Under the pieces are notes generated by a model that saw nothing but the letters and a program-made list of their open reading frames with translations, was not told the DNA's origin and searched no databases. A stretch of DNA of 64,000 nt, from contig CAVRUI010000002.1 in assembly GCA_963724345.1 (NCBI GenBank), positions 257 to 64,256 on the forward strand. The letters are read 5' to 3'. The translations under genes were made by a program, and so were the position numbers. The stretch's first letter is position 1, and every line of letters starts with the position of its first letter. This DNA comes from an uncultured Chloroflexia bacterium. GTDB taxonomy: Bacteria; Chloroflexota; Anaerolineae; Anaerolineales; RBG-16-64-43. Positions 19,742 to 29,731 of the stretch are shown one piece after another.

Positions 19742-20536
19742 ATGCGTTTGCGAATGTACCGGGTCGATGCATTCACCGATACCGTCTTCTGCGGCAATCC
19801 GGCCGGGGTTGTCCCGCTGCGGCGCTGGCTCGACGACGGCGGAATGCAGTCACTCGCGATGGAGAACAACCTTTCGGAGACGGCGTTTTTCGTCCCCGAC
19901 GGCGCGGCGTTTCAACTGCGCTGGTTCACACCCTCGGCCGAAGTGCCGCTGTGCGGGCACGCGACGCTCGCGACGGCGTATGTCATCCTCCGCATCCTGC
20001 AGCCTTCCAGGAAAACCGTCCGCTTCCATTCCCGGAGCGGCGACCTGATCGTGGCGCGCAAAGGGGACCTTCAGGTGATGGATTTTCCGCGCTACAAACC
20101 GCAGCGCTGCGATCCGCCCGCCGGGTTGGAGCAGGCGCTCGGTGCGCGCCCGGCGGAGGTGTGGAACACGCGTGAAGATAAACATTTGTACGCTATCTTC
20201 GGATCGGCCGCCGTGATCCGATCCATGACCCCCGATATGGCCGGATTGACGAAATTGCATCCGTACCAGGTCTCGGTCAGCGCCCCGGGGGATGGGGAGG
20301 ATTTCGTTTCACGCTTTTTTGCCCCATCGATCGGCATCCCGGAGGATCCGGTGACCGGATCGATGCATTGCGCGCTGATCCCGTATTGGGCGGAGCGCAT
20401 TGGGAGACCAAAGCTGCATGCCCGCCAGGTTTCCAAACGGGGCGGCGAACTATTTTGCGAAGATTTGCCCGCTGAAGGCCGGGTGCGGATTTCCGGCCGG
20501 GCGGTGCTTTCGTTGACCGGCTACCTGACGGTATGA
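19742..20536 (+). CDS. PhzF family isomerase-like protein
   Basis: MYRVDAFTDTVFCGNPAGVV, LSETAFF and FTPSAEVPLCGHATLA. The start is 19742 or 19754. Confidence 0.85.
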   Translation: MRLRMYRVDAFTDTVFCGNPAGVVPLRRWLDDGGMQSLAMENNLSETAFFVPDGAAFQLRWFTPSAEVPLCGHATLATAYVILRILQPSRKTVRFHSRSGDLIVARKGDLQVMDFPRYKPQRCDPPAGLEQALGARPAEVWNTREDKHLYAIFGSAAVIRSMTPDMAGLTKLHPYQVSVSAPGDGEDFVSRFFAPSIGIPEDPVTGSMHCALIPYWAERIGRPKLHARQVSKRGGELFCEDLPAEGRVRISGRAVLSLTGYLTV

Positions 20537-20550
20537 AGGATCACCCATAT

Positions 20551-20615
20551 AAGGTGGGTTGAAGCATAAGGCAGCCTGTGCAAGCGTTATCTTCACCTAT
20601 GCTTCAACCCACCTT
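20551..20615. repeat. perfect 18-bp inverted repeat with 29-nt loop
   Basis: aaggtgggttgaagcata (20551-20568) and tatgcttcaacccacctt (20598-20615). Confidence 0.9.
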
Positions 20616-20635
20616 ACACACATCTCGGAGAAACC

Positions 20636-20908
20636 ATGTCAGATCATTATGAAGTAGTGGACACCGTTGCGGGCAGGCAGGAGGGGGAGATTCTACAAAG
20701 CTACCTGCGGGCGCAGGACATCGCCTGCGAGATATCGCAGGAGGCCGCCGGGTACGTGCTCGGGATGACCATCGACGGCATGGGGGCGGTCCAAATCCTG
20801 GTTCCCTCTGCCCAGCGGAAAAAAGCCCTGGATGCCATCCGATGCTATCGAAGCGAGCAGGGATCAAAATCCCCGCGGCCGAAAAAGGCGGTCACCCGCA
20901 AAAAATGA
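20636..20908 (+). CDS. small protein, DUF2007-like (putative signal-transducing fold) with basic tail
   Basis: 90 aa with an EGEILQSYLRAQDIACEI ... VQILVPSAQRKKALDAI pattern. The assignment is from memory of the family profile only. Confidence 0.45.
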   Translation: MSDHYEVVDTVAGRQEGEILQSYLRAQDIACEISQEAAGYVLGMTIDGMGAVQILVPSAQRKKALDAIRCYRSEQGSKSPRPKKAVTRKK

Positions 20909-20948
20909 TACGCCCTGAACGCAATCCGAATATGCACACGCGGACCGG

Positions 20949-21572
20949 ATGATGCCGACCCCGGAAGCGCCCCGCGGCTTTTACCGGCGGTACGGGAAGC
21001 GGCTCCTGGATCTGTTCCTTTCGATCCTGGCGCTCATCGTCCTTGCGCCGTTCTTCCTGATCGCGGCCCTCGCCATCCGGCTGGAATCGCCCGGGCCGGT
21101 CTTTTACGTCCAGGACCGGCTGGGAATGCACGGGAAGGTCTTCCGCGCTTTCAAATTCCGGACGATGACCCACGCTCTCCGGACTCCGGATCATGAAATT
21201 CATCCCGGAGATCCGGAGCTGACACGGGTCGGCGCCTTTCTGCGGAGGTATAAACTGGACGAGCTGGTCCAGGTCTTGAACGTTCTGAAAGGCGAGATGT
21301 CGTGGGTCGGTCCACGGCCCGCGCTCCCGCGGCAGCTGGCCGAATACGACGCGAACGGCCGCAACCGGCTGCTGGTGAAGCCCGGAATGTCCGGGTTGGC
21401 GCAAGTCCACGGCAACATTTATCTTACATGGCCGGAACGATGGGTGTATGACGCAAAATATGTGGACGAGTGCTCGCTCCGGCTTGATTTGTGGATCATC
21501 TGGCGTACAATCGCGGTGATGATCGTCGGGGAAGAAAAATTTCTCAAGGATCCGGACATCCCAAAGGGATAA
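20949..21572 (+). CDS. small monotopic polyprenyl-phosphate sugar phosphotransferase (bacterial sugar transferase family)
   Basis: [45 protein letters not shown] and [21 protein letters not shown]. Confidence 0.85.
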   Translation: MMPTPEAPRGFYRRYGKRLLDLFLSILALIVLAPFFLIAALAIRLESPGPVFYVQDRLGMHGKVFRAFKFRTMTHALRTPDHEIHPGDPELTRVGAFLRRYKLDELVQVLNVLKGEMSWVGPRPALPRQLAEYDANGRNRLLVKPGMSGLAQVHGNIYLTWPERWVYDAKYVDECSLRLDLWIIWRTIAVMIVGEEKFLKDPDIPKG

Positions 21573-21582
21573 TTAATCCTTC

Positions 21583-22611
21583 ATGCCCCAAACCCAGGAA
21601 CCGGTGATCGTCGTCGCCGGCAGCGTCCACAGTTCGTACCTCACCCTGCAGGCTCTCCTGCGCCACCATATGCGCGTGGCCGGAGTGCTCGGGCTTGCCC
21701 CTGAGAATTCCGCAAACGTCAGCGGCTACACCCGGATGGACGCGCTTGCCGGGGAAGCCGGAATTCCCTTTGCGGATTTCGGGGATTTGAACGCTCCCGC
21801 GACCGTGGAGACGGTCCGCCGCTGGTCGCCGGACGTCTTCTTCATCGTCGGGCTCTCGCAGATGGTTAAAAAGGAATTGCTCTCCATCCCCCGCCTGGGG
21901 TGCGTCGGGTTCCATCCCACGCGCCTGCCCGAAGGGCGCGGGCGGGCTCCGGTGGCCTGGATGGCGCTGGAGGGCAGGAGCGGGGCGGCGACGTTTTTCA
22001 AAATGAACGAACGCGCCGACGCGGGGCCGATCCTTGTTCAGGAACCGTTCCCGGTGACGAACGCGGATTATTCCGCGGACGTCGAACGGAAACTCGAGGC
22101 GGCGATGGCGGCCGCGCTGGACCGCTGGCTTCCGCGGTTGAAAGCAGGGGAATGGCAAGCGGTGCCCCAAGACGACGCCAAAGCGACCTATTACGGGAAA
22201 CGCACTCCGGAAGACGGCGCGATCCGCTGGGATGAACCGGCCGAAAAAATCCAGGCGCTTGTCCGGGCTGCTTCCCATCCGTATCCGGGAGCGTTTACAT
22301 TTATGGAAGGCCGCAAGCTGGTCGTCTGGCGCGCGGAAGTGGCGACGGGCCATTCCTTCCGCGGCGTGACGGGCCGCATCGTGCACCACGATAAATCCAA
22401 AGGCTTCCTGGTGCAGACCGGCGGCGGTTTGCTGTGGCTGACGGAAGTGGAAATTGAAAACGAAGCCGGCGGCGAGACCCCGACACTGCGGATCGGGTCG
22501 CTGCTCGGCCATAACCCTGAGAACGAGATGTACGCCCTCCACAACCGCATCCAGGCGCTGGAGGCGCGGATCATCGAACTGGAAAAATCCCTCCCCCGGA
22601 AGAACCCATGA
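21583..22611 (+). CDS. formyltransferase (Fmt/ArnA N-domain-like), probably sugar N-formyltransferase
   Basis: GCVGFHPTRLPEGRGRAPVAW matches the HxSLLPxxRG-type motif. An Fmt-like C-terminal domain and a coiled-coil tail follow. Confidence 0.75.
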   Translation: MPQTQEPVIVVAGSVHSSYLTLQALLRHHMRVAGVLGLAPENSANVSGYTRMDALAGEAGIPFADFGDLNAPATVETVRRWSPDVFFIVGLSQMVKKELLSIPRLGCVGFHPTRLPEGRGRAPVAWMALEGRSGAATFFKMNERADAGPILVQEPFPVTNADYSADVERKLEAAMAAALDRWLPRLKAGEWQAVPQDDAKATYYGKRTPEDGAIRWDEPAEKIQALVRAASHPYPGAFTFMEGRKLVVWRAEVATGHSFRGVTGRIVHHDKSKGFLVQTGGGLLWLTEVEIENEAGGETPTLRIGSLLGHNPENEMYALHNRIQALEARIIELEKSLPRKNP

Positions 22612-23276
22612 ACATACTTGTCGTTGCCACCCATCCGGATGACGAAGTCCTCGGCTGCGGCGGAGTGATCGCGCGGCATGCCGCCCGCGGCGACCGGGTG
22701 GACGTCGTGGTGGTCACACGCGGCGCGCCGGATCTGTACGACGAGAACCAGGTGAAGACGCTGCGCAGGGAGTTGGAAGCCGCGCACGCCGTGCTGGGCG
22801 TGTCGGCCGTGCATTTTCTGGATTTTCCCGCGCCCAAACTGGATCTTGTGCCGGCGCATGAATTGGCGGATTCCATTTCCGCCCTCTTCGATTCATTGGA
22901 GCCGGCGGCGGCGTACATCCCCCACCGCGGGGATCTGCATTCGGATCACCGGGCGGTGTTCGGGGCCGCATTGGTCGCGGTGCGTCCGATCGGGAAATCC
23001 CCGGTTCGCAGGGTCCTGAGCTACGAGACTCTTTCCGAGTCGGAATGGTCCGCGCCGGTGGCGGAGGACGCCTTCCTGCCTTCCGTCTTCGTCGATATCT
23101 CCCCGTTTCTCGAAAAAAAGAAACAAGCGCTGGCGGCATACCGCAGCCAGTTGAGGGAGTTTCCACACCCCCGCTCGCTCCTGGCGGTGGAATCCCTGGC
23201 GCGTGTGCGCGGAAGCACCGTGGGCGTGCAGGCGGCCGAGGCGTTTCAATTGATCCGCGAAATCGATCCGGCATAA
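22608..23276 (+). CDS. PIG-L/LmbE family deacetylase
   Basis: MNILVVATHPDDEVLGCGG. The start overlaps the upstream stop (ATGA). Confidence 0.8.
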   Translation: MNILVVATHPDDEVLGCGGVIARHAARGDRVDVVVVTRGAPDLYDENQVKTLRRELEAAHAVLGVSAVHFLDFPAPKLDLVPAHELADSISALFDSLEPAAAYIPHRGDLHSDHRAVFGAALVAVRPIGKSPVRRVLSYETLSESEWSAPVAEDAFLPSVFVDISPFLEKKKQALAAYRSQLREFPHPRSLLAVESLARVRGSTVGVQAAEAFQLIREIDPA

Positions 23277-23289
23277 TAAAGAGGAAAAC

Positions 23290-23397
23290 CTAAACGCAAA
23301 GGCGCCAAGACGCAGAGGCGCAAAGGAAAACCAAACAAATGTGAGTGGTTTTCTTTCTGCTCCAGCGTCCTTGCGCCTTAGCGTCTTTGCGTTAGGG
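23290..23397. repeat. word-hairpin repeat, family C variant (CGCAAAGG/CGCAGAGG words)
   Basis: ctaaacgcaaaggcgccaagacgcagaggcgcaaagg is opposed by tccttgcgccttagcgtctttgcgttaggg. Confidence 0.8.
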
Positions 23398-23403
23398 TTT
23401 TAA

Positions 23404-25136
23404 TTATTCGGAGAAGATCGGTGCCCGGGCGGGGTTGCCGACCCGGTACCAGGAGATGTTCAACGCGGGGCCGGGATCGGTCTTGTAATTTATCCGGTAG
23501 TGACCCACGACCAGCTCGAGCGCGATACCGTAGCGCGCGCGGATGTCATTCACCAGGAGGACCAGCGCCTGCAGCTGCGCCGGCGGGTAATCTTCCCAGT
23601 ACCGGTATCCAAACGACATGAGATAGTCTTCGTAGATTAGCCCCGCGTACGTCTCCGGATGCCCAAGCTGCCCGTCGTTGACCAGTTCGACCCCGATCGA
23701 CTGCAGATAGGGTTCGAGGAACGTGCCGTCCGGCTTTTCGCACAGCGGGCAGGTGGCGAGGCACACCGACCGGATTCCCCCGCACGACGCGTGATACGCT
23801 CCCAGAACTCTCCGGCACCATCTGGTAGATCTGCCCGTTGCGGTCGATGACGTAATGCGCGCTGGTGTTGAGCGGCCGCTGGAACTCGTTGAGGGTGGCC
23901 TGCAGCGTGCCGCGGGTGGCGTGCAGGACGATCCCGCGCGGGAAGTTGCCGCGCGCCACGTTGCACGACGGTTTGGCGATGATCGGGGCGGCGAGTTTCG
24001 CGAGAGTCTCCGGGGCGACCTCCGCCGGGATCGAAAGCCGCTCCATGGAGAACAGGCGCTGCGACGGATCCGAGATCTGGTCGATATTCGCGCAGGCGGA
24101 GAAGTAGCTTCCGGCATCGACGGCGGGCGTGGCGGCTGTGGCGCTCGCCGTGGGCCCGGTGCTTGTGGCAGTTAAGGCGCCGGACGCCGGGCTGTACATC
24201 GCGATCAAGTCACCGAAAGTTTTTCCACCGGCCGCGTAAATCGCCGGATAAATCTTAGGATTGGAATACGGGTACATGCGCGGCAGATCGTAGCGGTGGG
24301 AATCGGCGCGGCGGACCGAACGGTCACTGCGGGTGTTTCCGGCGACGGCGAACTTGTATCCGACCAATTCGATCACCCGCGGCGCGCCCTCATTGTAGGA
24401 GTCGTAGGGATAGGCGAACCCGATCGGCTCCCGCCCGGTCCGCTCCGCGATGATCTGCCGCGAGGTTTGCGCGTCCCAGCGCTGCTCCTCGGTGGTGATG
24501 GTGGAGAAATCCGGATGGGATACCCCGTGGCTCTCGACGGAAATTAATCCCTCCGCCGCCCAATCCCGCAGGTCCTGCCAGCATACTTTATTCCCGGGTC
24601 CGCATTCATCGGCGACGGCGTTCGTGACGACAAAGAACAGCGCGTGGAAACCGTGTTGCCGGAGGGCCGGGATGATGTTTTCGCTGAAATCGGCGCGCTC
24701 CGCGGTGCCGATGTCGAAGGTCAGGACGACGGATTTCGCGGGGACCTTGCCGCCGGCGAGGAAGGTTGCCAGCTGCTCGGCGCTCAGGGTGTGGTACCCG
24801 TTTCCCGCCAGCCAATCCAGCTGCGACCGGAACCAAACGGTGGTCATGAAGATCTCGTCGCTGAACCGGTACGTGGTGTAGTGGTATTCGACTATGGCAA
24901 GCCCCTCGGCGGATGGTTCCGGCGTGGGGGTGGAGGTAATGGTCGCGGGGACGGAAGTAAAGGTTGCGGCGGCGGTTTGGCCGATGGTTGCCGAGGAGGA
25001 AGGTGAAGGGCGGAAGGGGGACGGCGTTTGAGTTGGAGTCGGGGCGGCGGACGGCGCCGCGCCGCAAGCCGACAAATACGCCGCCAGTATCGACGGAATT
25101 ATCGATCGCCGGAGAAAAGCTCCGCGGCTCTTGCAT
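23404..25136 (-). CDS. lipoprotein fusing a CE4 polysaccharide deacetylase with an N-acetylmuramoyl-L-alanine amidase (amidase_2/PGRP) domain; frameshifts near 23805-23812 and probably 25115-25118
   Basis: NodB motifs VLTFDIGT and ESHGVSHPDF. Amidase_2: GIVLHATRG and AHYVIDRNGQIYQMVPE, continuing in ORF 23404-24117 as LGAYHASCGG. The ATG at 25136 gives MQEPRSF; after a shift in a 4-nt run it continues FLRRSIIPSILAAYLSACG (lipobox). Confidence 0.7.
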
Positions 25137-25433
25137 CCAAAACCCCGGATTGGGGACTCCGATCGTCCGCCCGCGCGTCTTCCCTGCGGAGGCCGCAGGT
25201 AGCCCTGCGGTCCGCGGGCGCGCCTGATTTATGGAAGGTTGGCGGAACATGCAAAGATTATACCTGAAGCGGATTCGCGTATCGGAAAATATTCCATGAT
25301 CTCCCGGCTTCGGGAGGAATGGGACGAATCGCAGCGCCAAATCGCGGGCCGAAATCCTTGCATTCTGACGACGCGGTGGTAGACTATTCCCGATCACTGC
25401 CGATGTGTCGCCGAGACCGTCGCAGGAGGATGG

Positions 25434-25835
25434 ATGGCCGCCGCGCGCATTTTGTGCATCGACGACGAAAAAGAAATCATCGATCTGATCCGTCTGATCC
25501 TCGGACGGAAAGGATACGAAGTGGAAGGCGCGATCGGCGGCGAAGCGGGTCTGGCAAAAGCGCGTTCCTGGAAGCCCGACCTGGTGCTCCTCGACCTGAT
25601 GATGCCGGATATGGACGGCTGGGAAGTGTTTCACCGGCTGCGGGCCGATGAAACCCTGGCCAAGGTTCCGGTGGTGGTGGTCACCGCCCGCGCCCAGAGC
25701 ATCGACCGCGTACTCGGCCTGCATGTGGCGCGCGTGAACGATTACATCTCGAAGCCGTTCACGCCGCAGGATCTGGTCGAGAGCGTGGAGCGGGTGCTGA
25801 CCAGCCAGCTCCCCGGACGGATGCCGCCTGAATGA
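25434..25835 (+). CDS. stand-alone response regulator receiver (CheY-like)
   Basis: ILCIDDEKE, LVLLDLMMPDMDG, VVVVTA and YISKPF. Confidence 0.85.
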   Translation: MAAARILCIDDEKEIIDLIRLILGRKGYEVEGAIGGEAGLAKARSWKPDLVLLDLMMPDMDGWEVFHRLRADETLAKVPVVVVTARAQSIDRVLGLHVARVNDYISKPFTPQDLVESVERVLTSQLPGRMPPE

Positions 25836-25992
25836 TCCGGCCCGAAGATGCGTTCACCGGCGCGCCGATAGCGGCGCGCTATGTCCCGCTTTCGCGGGAT
25901 GGGGAATCCCCCGTGGCCGGCTGAGCGTGTTCTGGAATGTTTCGGACTGCGATCCCGCGCGGTTTGCCGCGCGGTTGTTTATTTGAGGAACA

Positions 25993-26385
25993 ATGCGCGA
26001 AGCGGAACTCATCCGGGGATGCGGAAAAACGGCCGCCGTGCGGATCGCATCGTCGGGCGCGGAACTGGCCCGGCGGGTCCGCCTGTGCCGCGGCTTCGGC
26101 GGCAAGCTGCTCGGCTTGATGTTCCGGTGGAGCCTGGCCGAGGACGAAGGCGCGCTGCTGATCTACAACCGGCCTTCCAAGATGGAGACGTCCATCCATA
26201 TGTTCTTCGTTCCGTTTCCCCTCGCCGTCTTTTGGCTGGACGCGCAGGGAACCGTCGTCGACCGCGTCCAGGCGCTTCCCTGGCGCCCGTTTTATGCGTC
26301 CGGCGCTCCGGCCATCTTCGTTCTCGAATTGCACCCCAATGCCTTGAACAAACTTCAGGTCGGTGACCGCGTTGAATTCCATTAA
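25993..26385 (+). CDS. DUF192 family protein
   Basis: GLMFRWSLAEDEGALLIY, FWLDAQGTVV and FVLELHPN fit the DUF192 pattern as I remember it. Confidence 0.55.
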   Translation: MREAELIRGCGKTAAVRIASSGAELARRVRLCRGFGGKLLGLMFRWSLAEDEGALLIYNRPSKMETSIHMFFVPFPLAVFWLDAQGTVVDRVQALPWRPFYASGAPAIFVLELHPNALNKLQVGDRVEFH

Positions 26386-27772
26386 ACGGCTTCTCCTTAT
26401 CGGTTTGATCATCATCCCGGCGCTCGCGCGGACTCCCGCCGTCCAGGCGCAGGTCGACGGCCCGGTATACGTTGTTCGGGAAGGGGATTCCTACTGGGCG
26501 ATCGCGGATATGTTCAAGATCATGATCCCCGATCTTCTGGCCGCCAACGGTTTTTCGGAAAATCACATCCTTAACCCCGGCGACCGGTTGGTGATCCCGG
26601 GGTATGAAGGGATCCACGGCATCCTATCCACCCGGACTGTGGAGCTGGGGGAAAGCCTCGCGACGCTTGCCCTCCGGACCGGGGTCCCCGTGGATACGCT
26701 GCTGCGCTTGAACCGGCTCGTGAACCCCGAGCGCCTTTATGCCGGGCAGGTGATGATCCTGGTCGAGCCCGAAGAAGGCGCGGCGGATGTGACGCGCTGG
26801 GAAAACGGCCGGACACTTTCCCTTTCGACGGGGACGCCGCTTCTGGCGCTTGCCGCCGCTGAAGGAAAAAATCCGTGGGAGCTGACCGGCTTGAACAATC
26901 TTTCCTCCCAGGCGGATCAGTTTTCCGGCCAGTCGCTGCTTACCGTCGGCGGAGAACAGCCGCTGAGGGCTTGGCCGGCTCCGGTCGAGAACATCCAATT
27001 CCGGTCGCTGCCGCTCGTGCAGGGAACGACGGCGGAAGTCACCCTCGGAGCGCCGCAGGATGCACAGGCGGAGGGAACGCTCGGCGGGGAAACTCTGAGG
27101 TTCCGGCCCTGGAACAGCCGGTTTGCGGCCTTGCAGGGGATCTACGCCCGCGCCCAACCCGGGACAGTCTCCCTGGTCGTCCTGGTGACGCTGCCGGACG
27201 GAAGATCGATCGCATTTCAACAGGATGTGCTGCTCCAGATCGGCGACTACATCATCGAAAAAACCGATCTGAATGTCCCTCCCGAAACGATCGACCCCGC
27301 GACTATTCAATCCGAAAGCGACGAGATGAAATCCATCGTCGCTCCTTTTACCGAGGAACGGTATTGGCAGGAACTGTTTCAGCCTCCCGTTTCGAATCCG
27401 AGGCTGACTTCGATATTTGGAAACTGGCGGACTTACAACGGCAACTCGTACGGGACGTTCCACACCGGCGTGGATTATTACGCCCAGGATAAAACGGAAA
27501 TTCTCGCGCCTGCGCCGGGACGCGTGGTATTTGCGGAGGAGCGTGTGATCTGCGGCAACACCACCGTGATCGACCACGGCTGGGGGGTGTATTCCCGCTA
27601 TTGCCACCAGAGCAAGTTCATGGTCCAAGTCGGCGAAATGGTTCAAGCCGGCCAAGTGATCGGTTTGGTTGGCCATACCGGAAGATCGGAAGGCGCGCAT
27701 TTGCATTGGGAAATCTGGGTCGGGGGCTTTCAGGTTAATCCGCTGACGTGGCTGCAGGAGATTTTTCCATAA
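26363..27772 (+). CDS. secreted LysM-domain M23 metallopeptidase
   Basis: Signal peptide. LysM: YVVREGDSYWAIADMF...NPGDRLVIPG. M23: FHTGVDYYA and GHTGRSEGAHLHWEI. A GTG start overlaps the DUF192 gene by 23 nt. Confidence 0.85.
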   Translation: MTALNSIKRLLLIGLIIIPALARTPAVQAQVDGPVYVVREGDSYWAIADMFKIMIPDLLAANGFSENHILNPGDRLVIPGYEGIHGILSTRTVELGESLATLALRTGVPVDTLLRLNRLVNPERLYAGQVMILVEPEEGAADVTRWENGRTLSLSTGTPLLALAAAEGKNPWELTGLNNLSSQADQFSGQSLLTVGGEQPLRAWPAPVENIQFRSLPLVQGTTAEVTLGAPQDAQAEGTLGGETLRFRPWNSRFAALQGIYARAQPGTVSLVVLVTLPDGRSIAFQQDVLLQIGDYIIEKTDLNVPPETIDPATIQSESDEMKSIVAPFTEERYWQELFQPPVSNPRLTSIFGNWRTYNGNSYGTFHTGVDYYAQDKTEILAPAPGRVVFAEERVICGNTTVIDHGWGVYSRYCHQSKFMVQVGEMVQAGQVIGLVGHTGRSEGAHLHWEIWVGGFQVNPLTWLQEIFP

Positions 27773-27947
27773 ATTACTTCCGCACTCTTTTTATCCGAAT
27801 TCAATCCCGCTGAATCCCTCCGCCAAAACACCAACCGGCCGGCATTCGCACCGCTTTCGGCCTTCAACACTCCGTTTGAGATCGCGCCAACACATATAAT
27901 GAAAATAGGAATGGACTTTTAGCCGACGGATTGGACGGGAGGGACGC

Positions 27948-28859
27948 ATGACAGTCATCAAGGCGGAAAATCTGCGCAAAACATATGCGAAGGTCGTAGC
28001 CGTGGAAGATGTGTCGTTCGAGATCCGGGAGGGGGAGATTTTTGGAATGGTCGGGCCGAACGGCGCAGGGAAGACCACGACGATCGAATGCTGCGAGGGC
28101 TTGCGCAGGCCGGATGGCGGCCGCGTGAGCGTACTCGGGCTGGACCCGCGGGCGGACGGCAATGCCCTCCGCAAGCGAATCGGCGTCCAATTGCAGTCGG
28201 CGGCGCTTTCGCCGCGGATAAAGGTTTGGGAGGCGCTCGACCTGTTCGCTTCGTTCTACCCGTCCACGGTGGATTGGAAATCGCTGATGGAGCGGATGGG
28301 CCTGGCGGAAAAACGCAACGCCTATGTCTCCAGGCTTTCCGGAGGCCAGCGGCAGCGGCTTTTTATCGCCCTCTCGCTTTTGAATGATCCCGAATTGATC
28401 TTCCTGGATGAATTAACGACCGGCCTGGATCCTCAGGCCCGGCGCGCGATGTGGGACCTGGTCCGGGAGATCCGGGAAAAAGGCAAGACCGTCTTCATGA
28501 CTACGCATTTTATGGAGGAAGCGGAGCGGCTCTGCGACCGGGTGGCGATCCTCGACCACGGCCGGATCATCGCGCTCGATACTCCGCCGAACCTGGTCCG
28601 CGGATTGAACGCCGAGAACCGGGTGGTCTTTTTCACGGACGATCCCCTCCCGGCGGATATGCTGAAGGAGGTTCCGGGCGTGGTTCGCGTGGACAAGACG
28701 GCCGACCGTGTCGTCGTCTATGGCCGGGGTGACGCGATCGTCGCCGGAGTAGTGAACGCGCTCGGCGCAAAGGGAATCCGCTACCGCGATCTGCGCACCG
28801 AGCAGGCGACCCTCGACGACGTCTTCCTAACCATGACCGGCCGCGAGTTGCGGGATTAA
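27948..28859 (+). CDS. ABC transporter ATP-binding protein (ABC-2/DrrA-like)
   Basis: Walker A GPNGAGKTT, signature LSGGQRQR, Walker B LIFLDELTTGLD. Confidence 0.9.
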   Translation: MTVIKAENLRKTYAKVVAVEDVSFEIREGEIFGMVGPNGAGKTTTIECCEGLRRPDGGRVSVLGLDPRADGNALRKRIGVQLQSAALSPRIKVWEALDLFASFYPSTVDWKSLMERMGLAEKRNAYVSRLSGGQRQRLFIALSLLNDPELIFLDELTTGLDPQARRAMWDLVREIREKGKTVFMTTHFMEEAERLCDRVAILDHGRIIALDTPPNLVRGLNAENRVVFFTDDPLPADMLKEVPGVVRVDKTADRVVVYGRGDAIVAGVVNALGAKGIRYRDLRTEQATLDDVFLTMTGRELRD

Positions 28860-28868
28860 GGAGAAGCC

Positions 28869-29613
28869 ATGCGCGCATTGGGAAAACTCACCATCACTCA
28901 GATCAAACTGTACCTGCGCGAACCGATCGCGCTGTTCTTCACCCTCGCCTACGCGCCGATGATGCTCGTCCTGTTCGGGTCGATCTACGGCAACGAGCCG
29001 ATCTGCTATGTTCGGCGGTCGCGGGACGGTCGACGTCTCGGTCCCCGCCTACATCGGCCTGATCATCATCAGCGTGGGGTTGATGAGCATCCCGATCGCC
29101 GTCTCCAGTTCGCGCGAGGCCGGAGTCTTGCGGCGGTTCCGCGTGACGCCGCTTTCCCCGGCGCTCTACCTTGTTTCGGACGTGGCCGTGTATTTCCTGA
29201 TGACGCTGCTGGGCGTCATCCTCCTGGTCCTGGTGGGTACGTTCGGATACCACATGCAGTTTGACGGGAATTGGCTGAGTGTTCTGGCCGGGTTCAGCCT
29301 GAGCGCGCTGGCGATGTTCACTTGCGGCTACCTGATCGCGGGCCTCGCGCCCACCGCCCGCATCGCCCAGACGGTCGGGATGGTGATCGCGTTTCCGATG
29401 ATGTTCCTCTCCGGCGCGACGATCCCGCTCGAAATCCTTCCGGAAGGAGTCCGGGCCGTCAGCAAATTTCTTCCCGTCACTTACGTGGTGACGCTGATGC
29501 AGGGATTGTGGAAGGGGGACGCCTGGAGCGGCCATGGGACCGAGGTGATCGTGCTGGTGGGCGTGCTGGTTGTGGGATTGGTTCTTGCGGCCAAAACCTT
29601 CCGCTGGGAATGA
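28869..29613 (+). CDS. ABC-2 type transporter permease, frameshift near 28995-29008
   Basis: ORFs 28869-29264 and 29008-29613 join into a 6-TM ABC-2 permease (REAGVLRRFRVTPLSP). Confidence 0.75.
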
Positions 29614-29682
29614 GCAGGAGAAAAACGGCTTCCCGGATTCCTCCGAACCAATTCGTCTACATCGGGATTTCGAAATTGGATG

Positions 29683-29703
29683 AAACCGCAGGGGGCGGTT
29701 TTT
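29683..29703 (+). terminator. intrinsic terminator after the ABC operon
   Basis: Stem aaaccgc / gcggttt with a 5-nt loop, running into a T run at 29699-29703. Confidence 0.5.
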
Positions 29704-29731
29704 ATTAAAAATCCGCGTTAAAGGCGCCGCC

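Noticed and set aside
25854-26617. ORFs 25879-26415 (-) and 26009-26617 (-) overlapping the DUF192 and LysM-M23 genes.
   Set aside because: They are antisense shadow frames with low-complexity Arg/Pro-rich translations.
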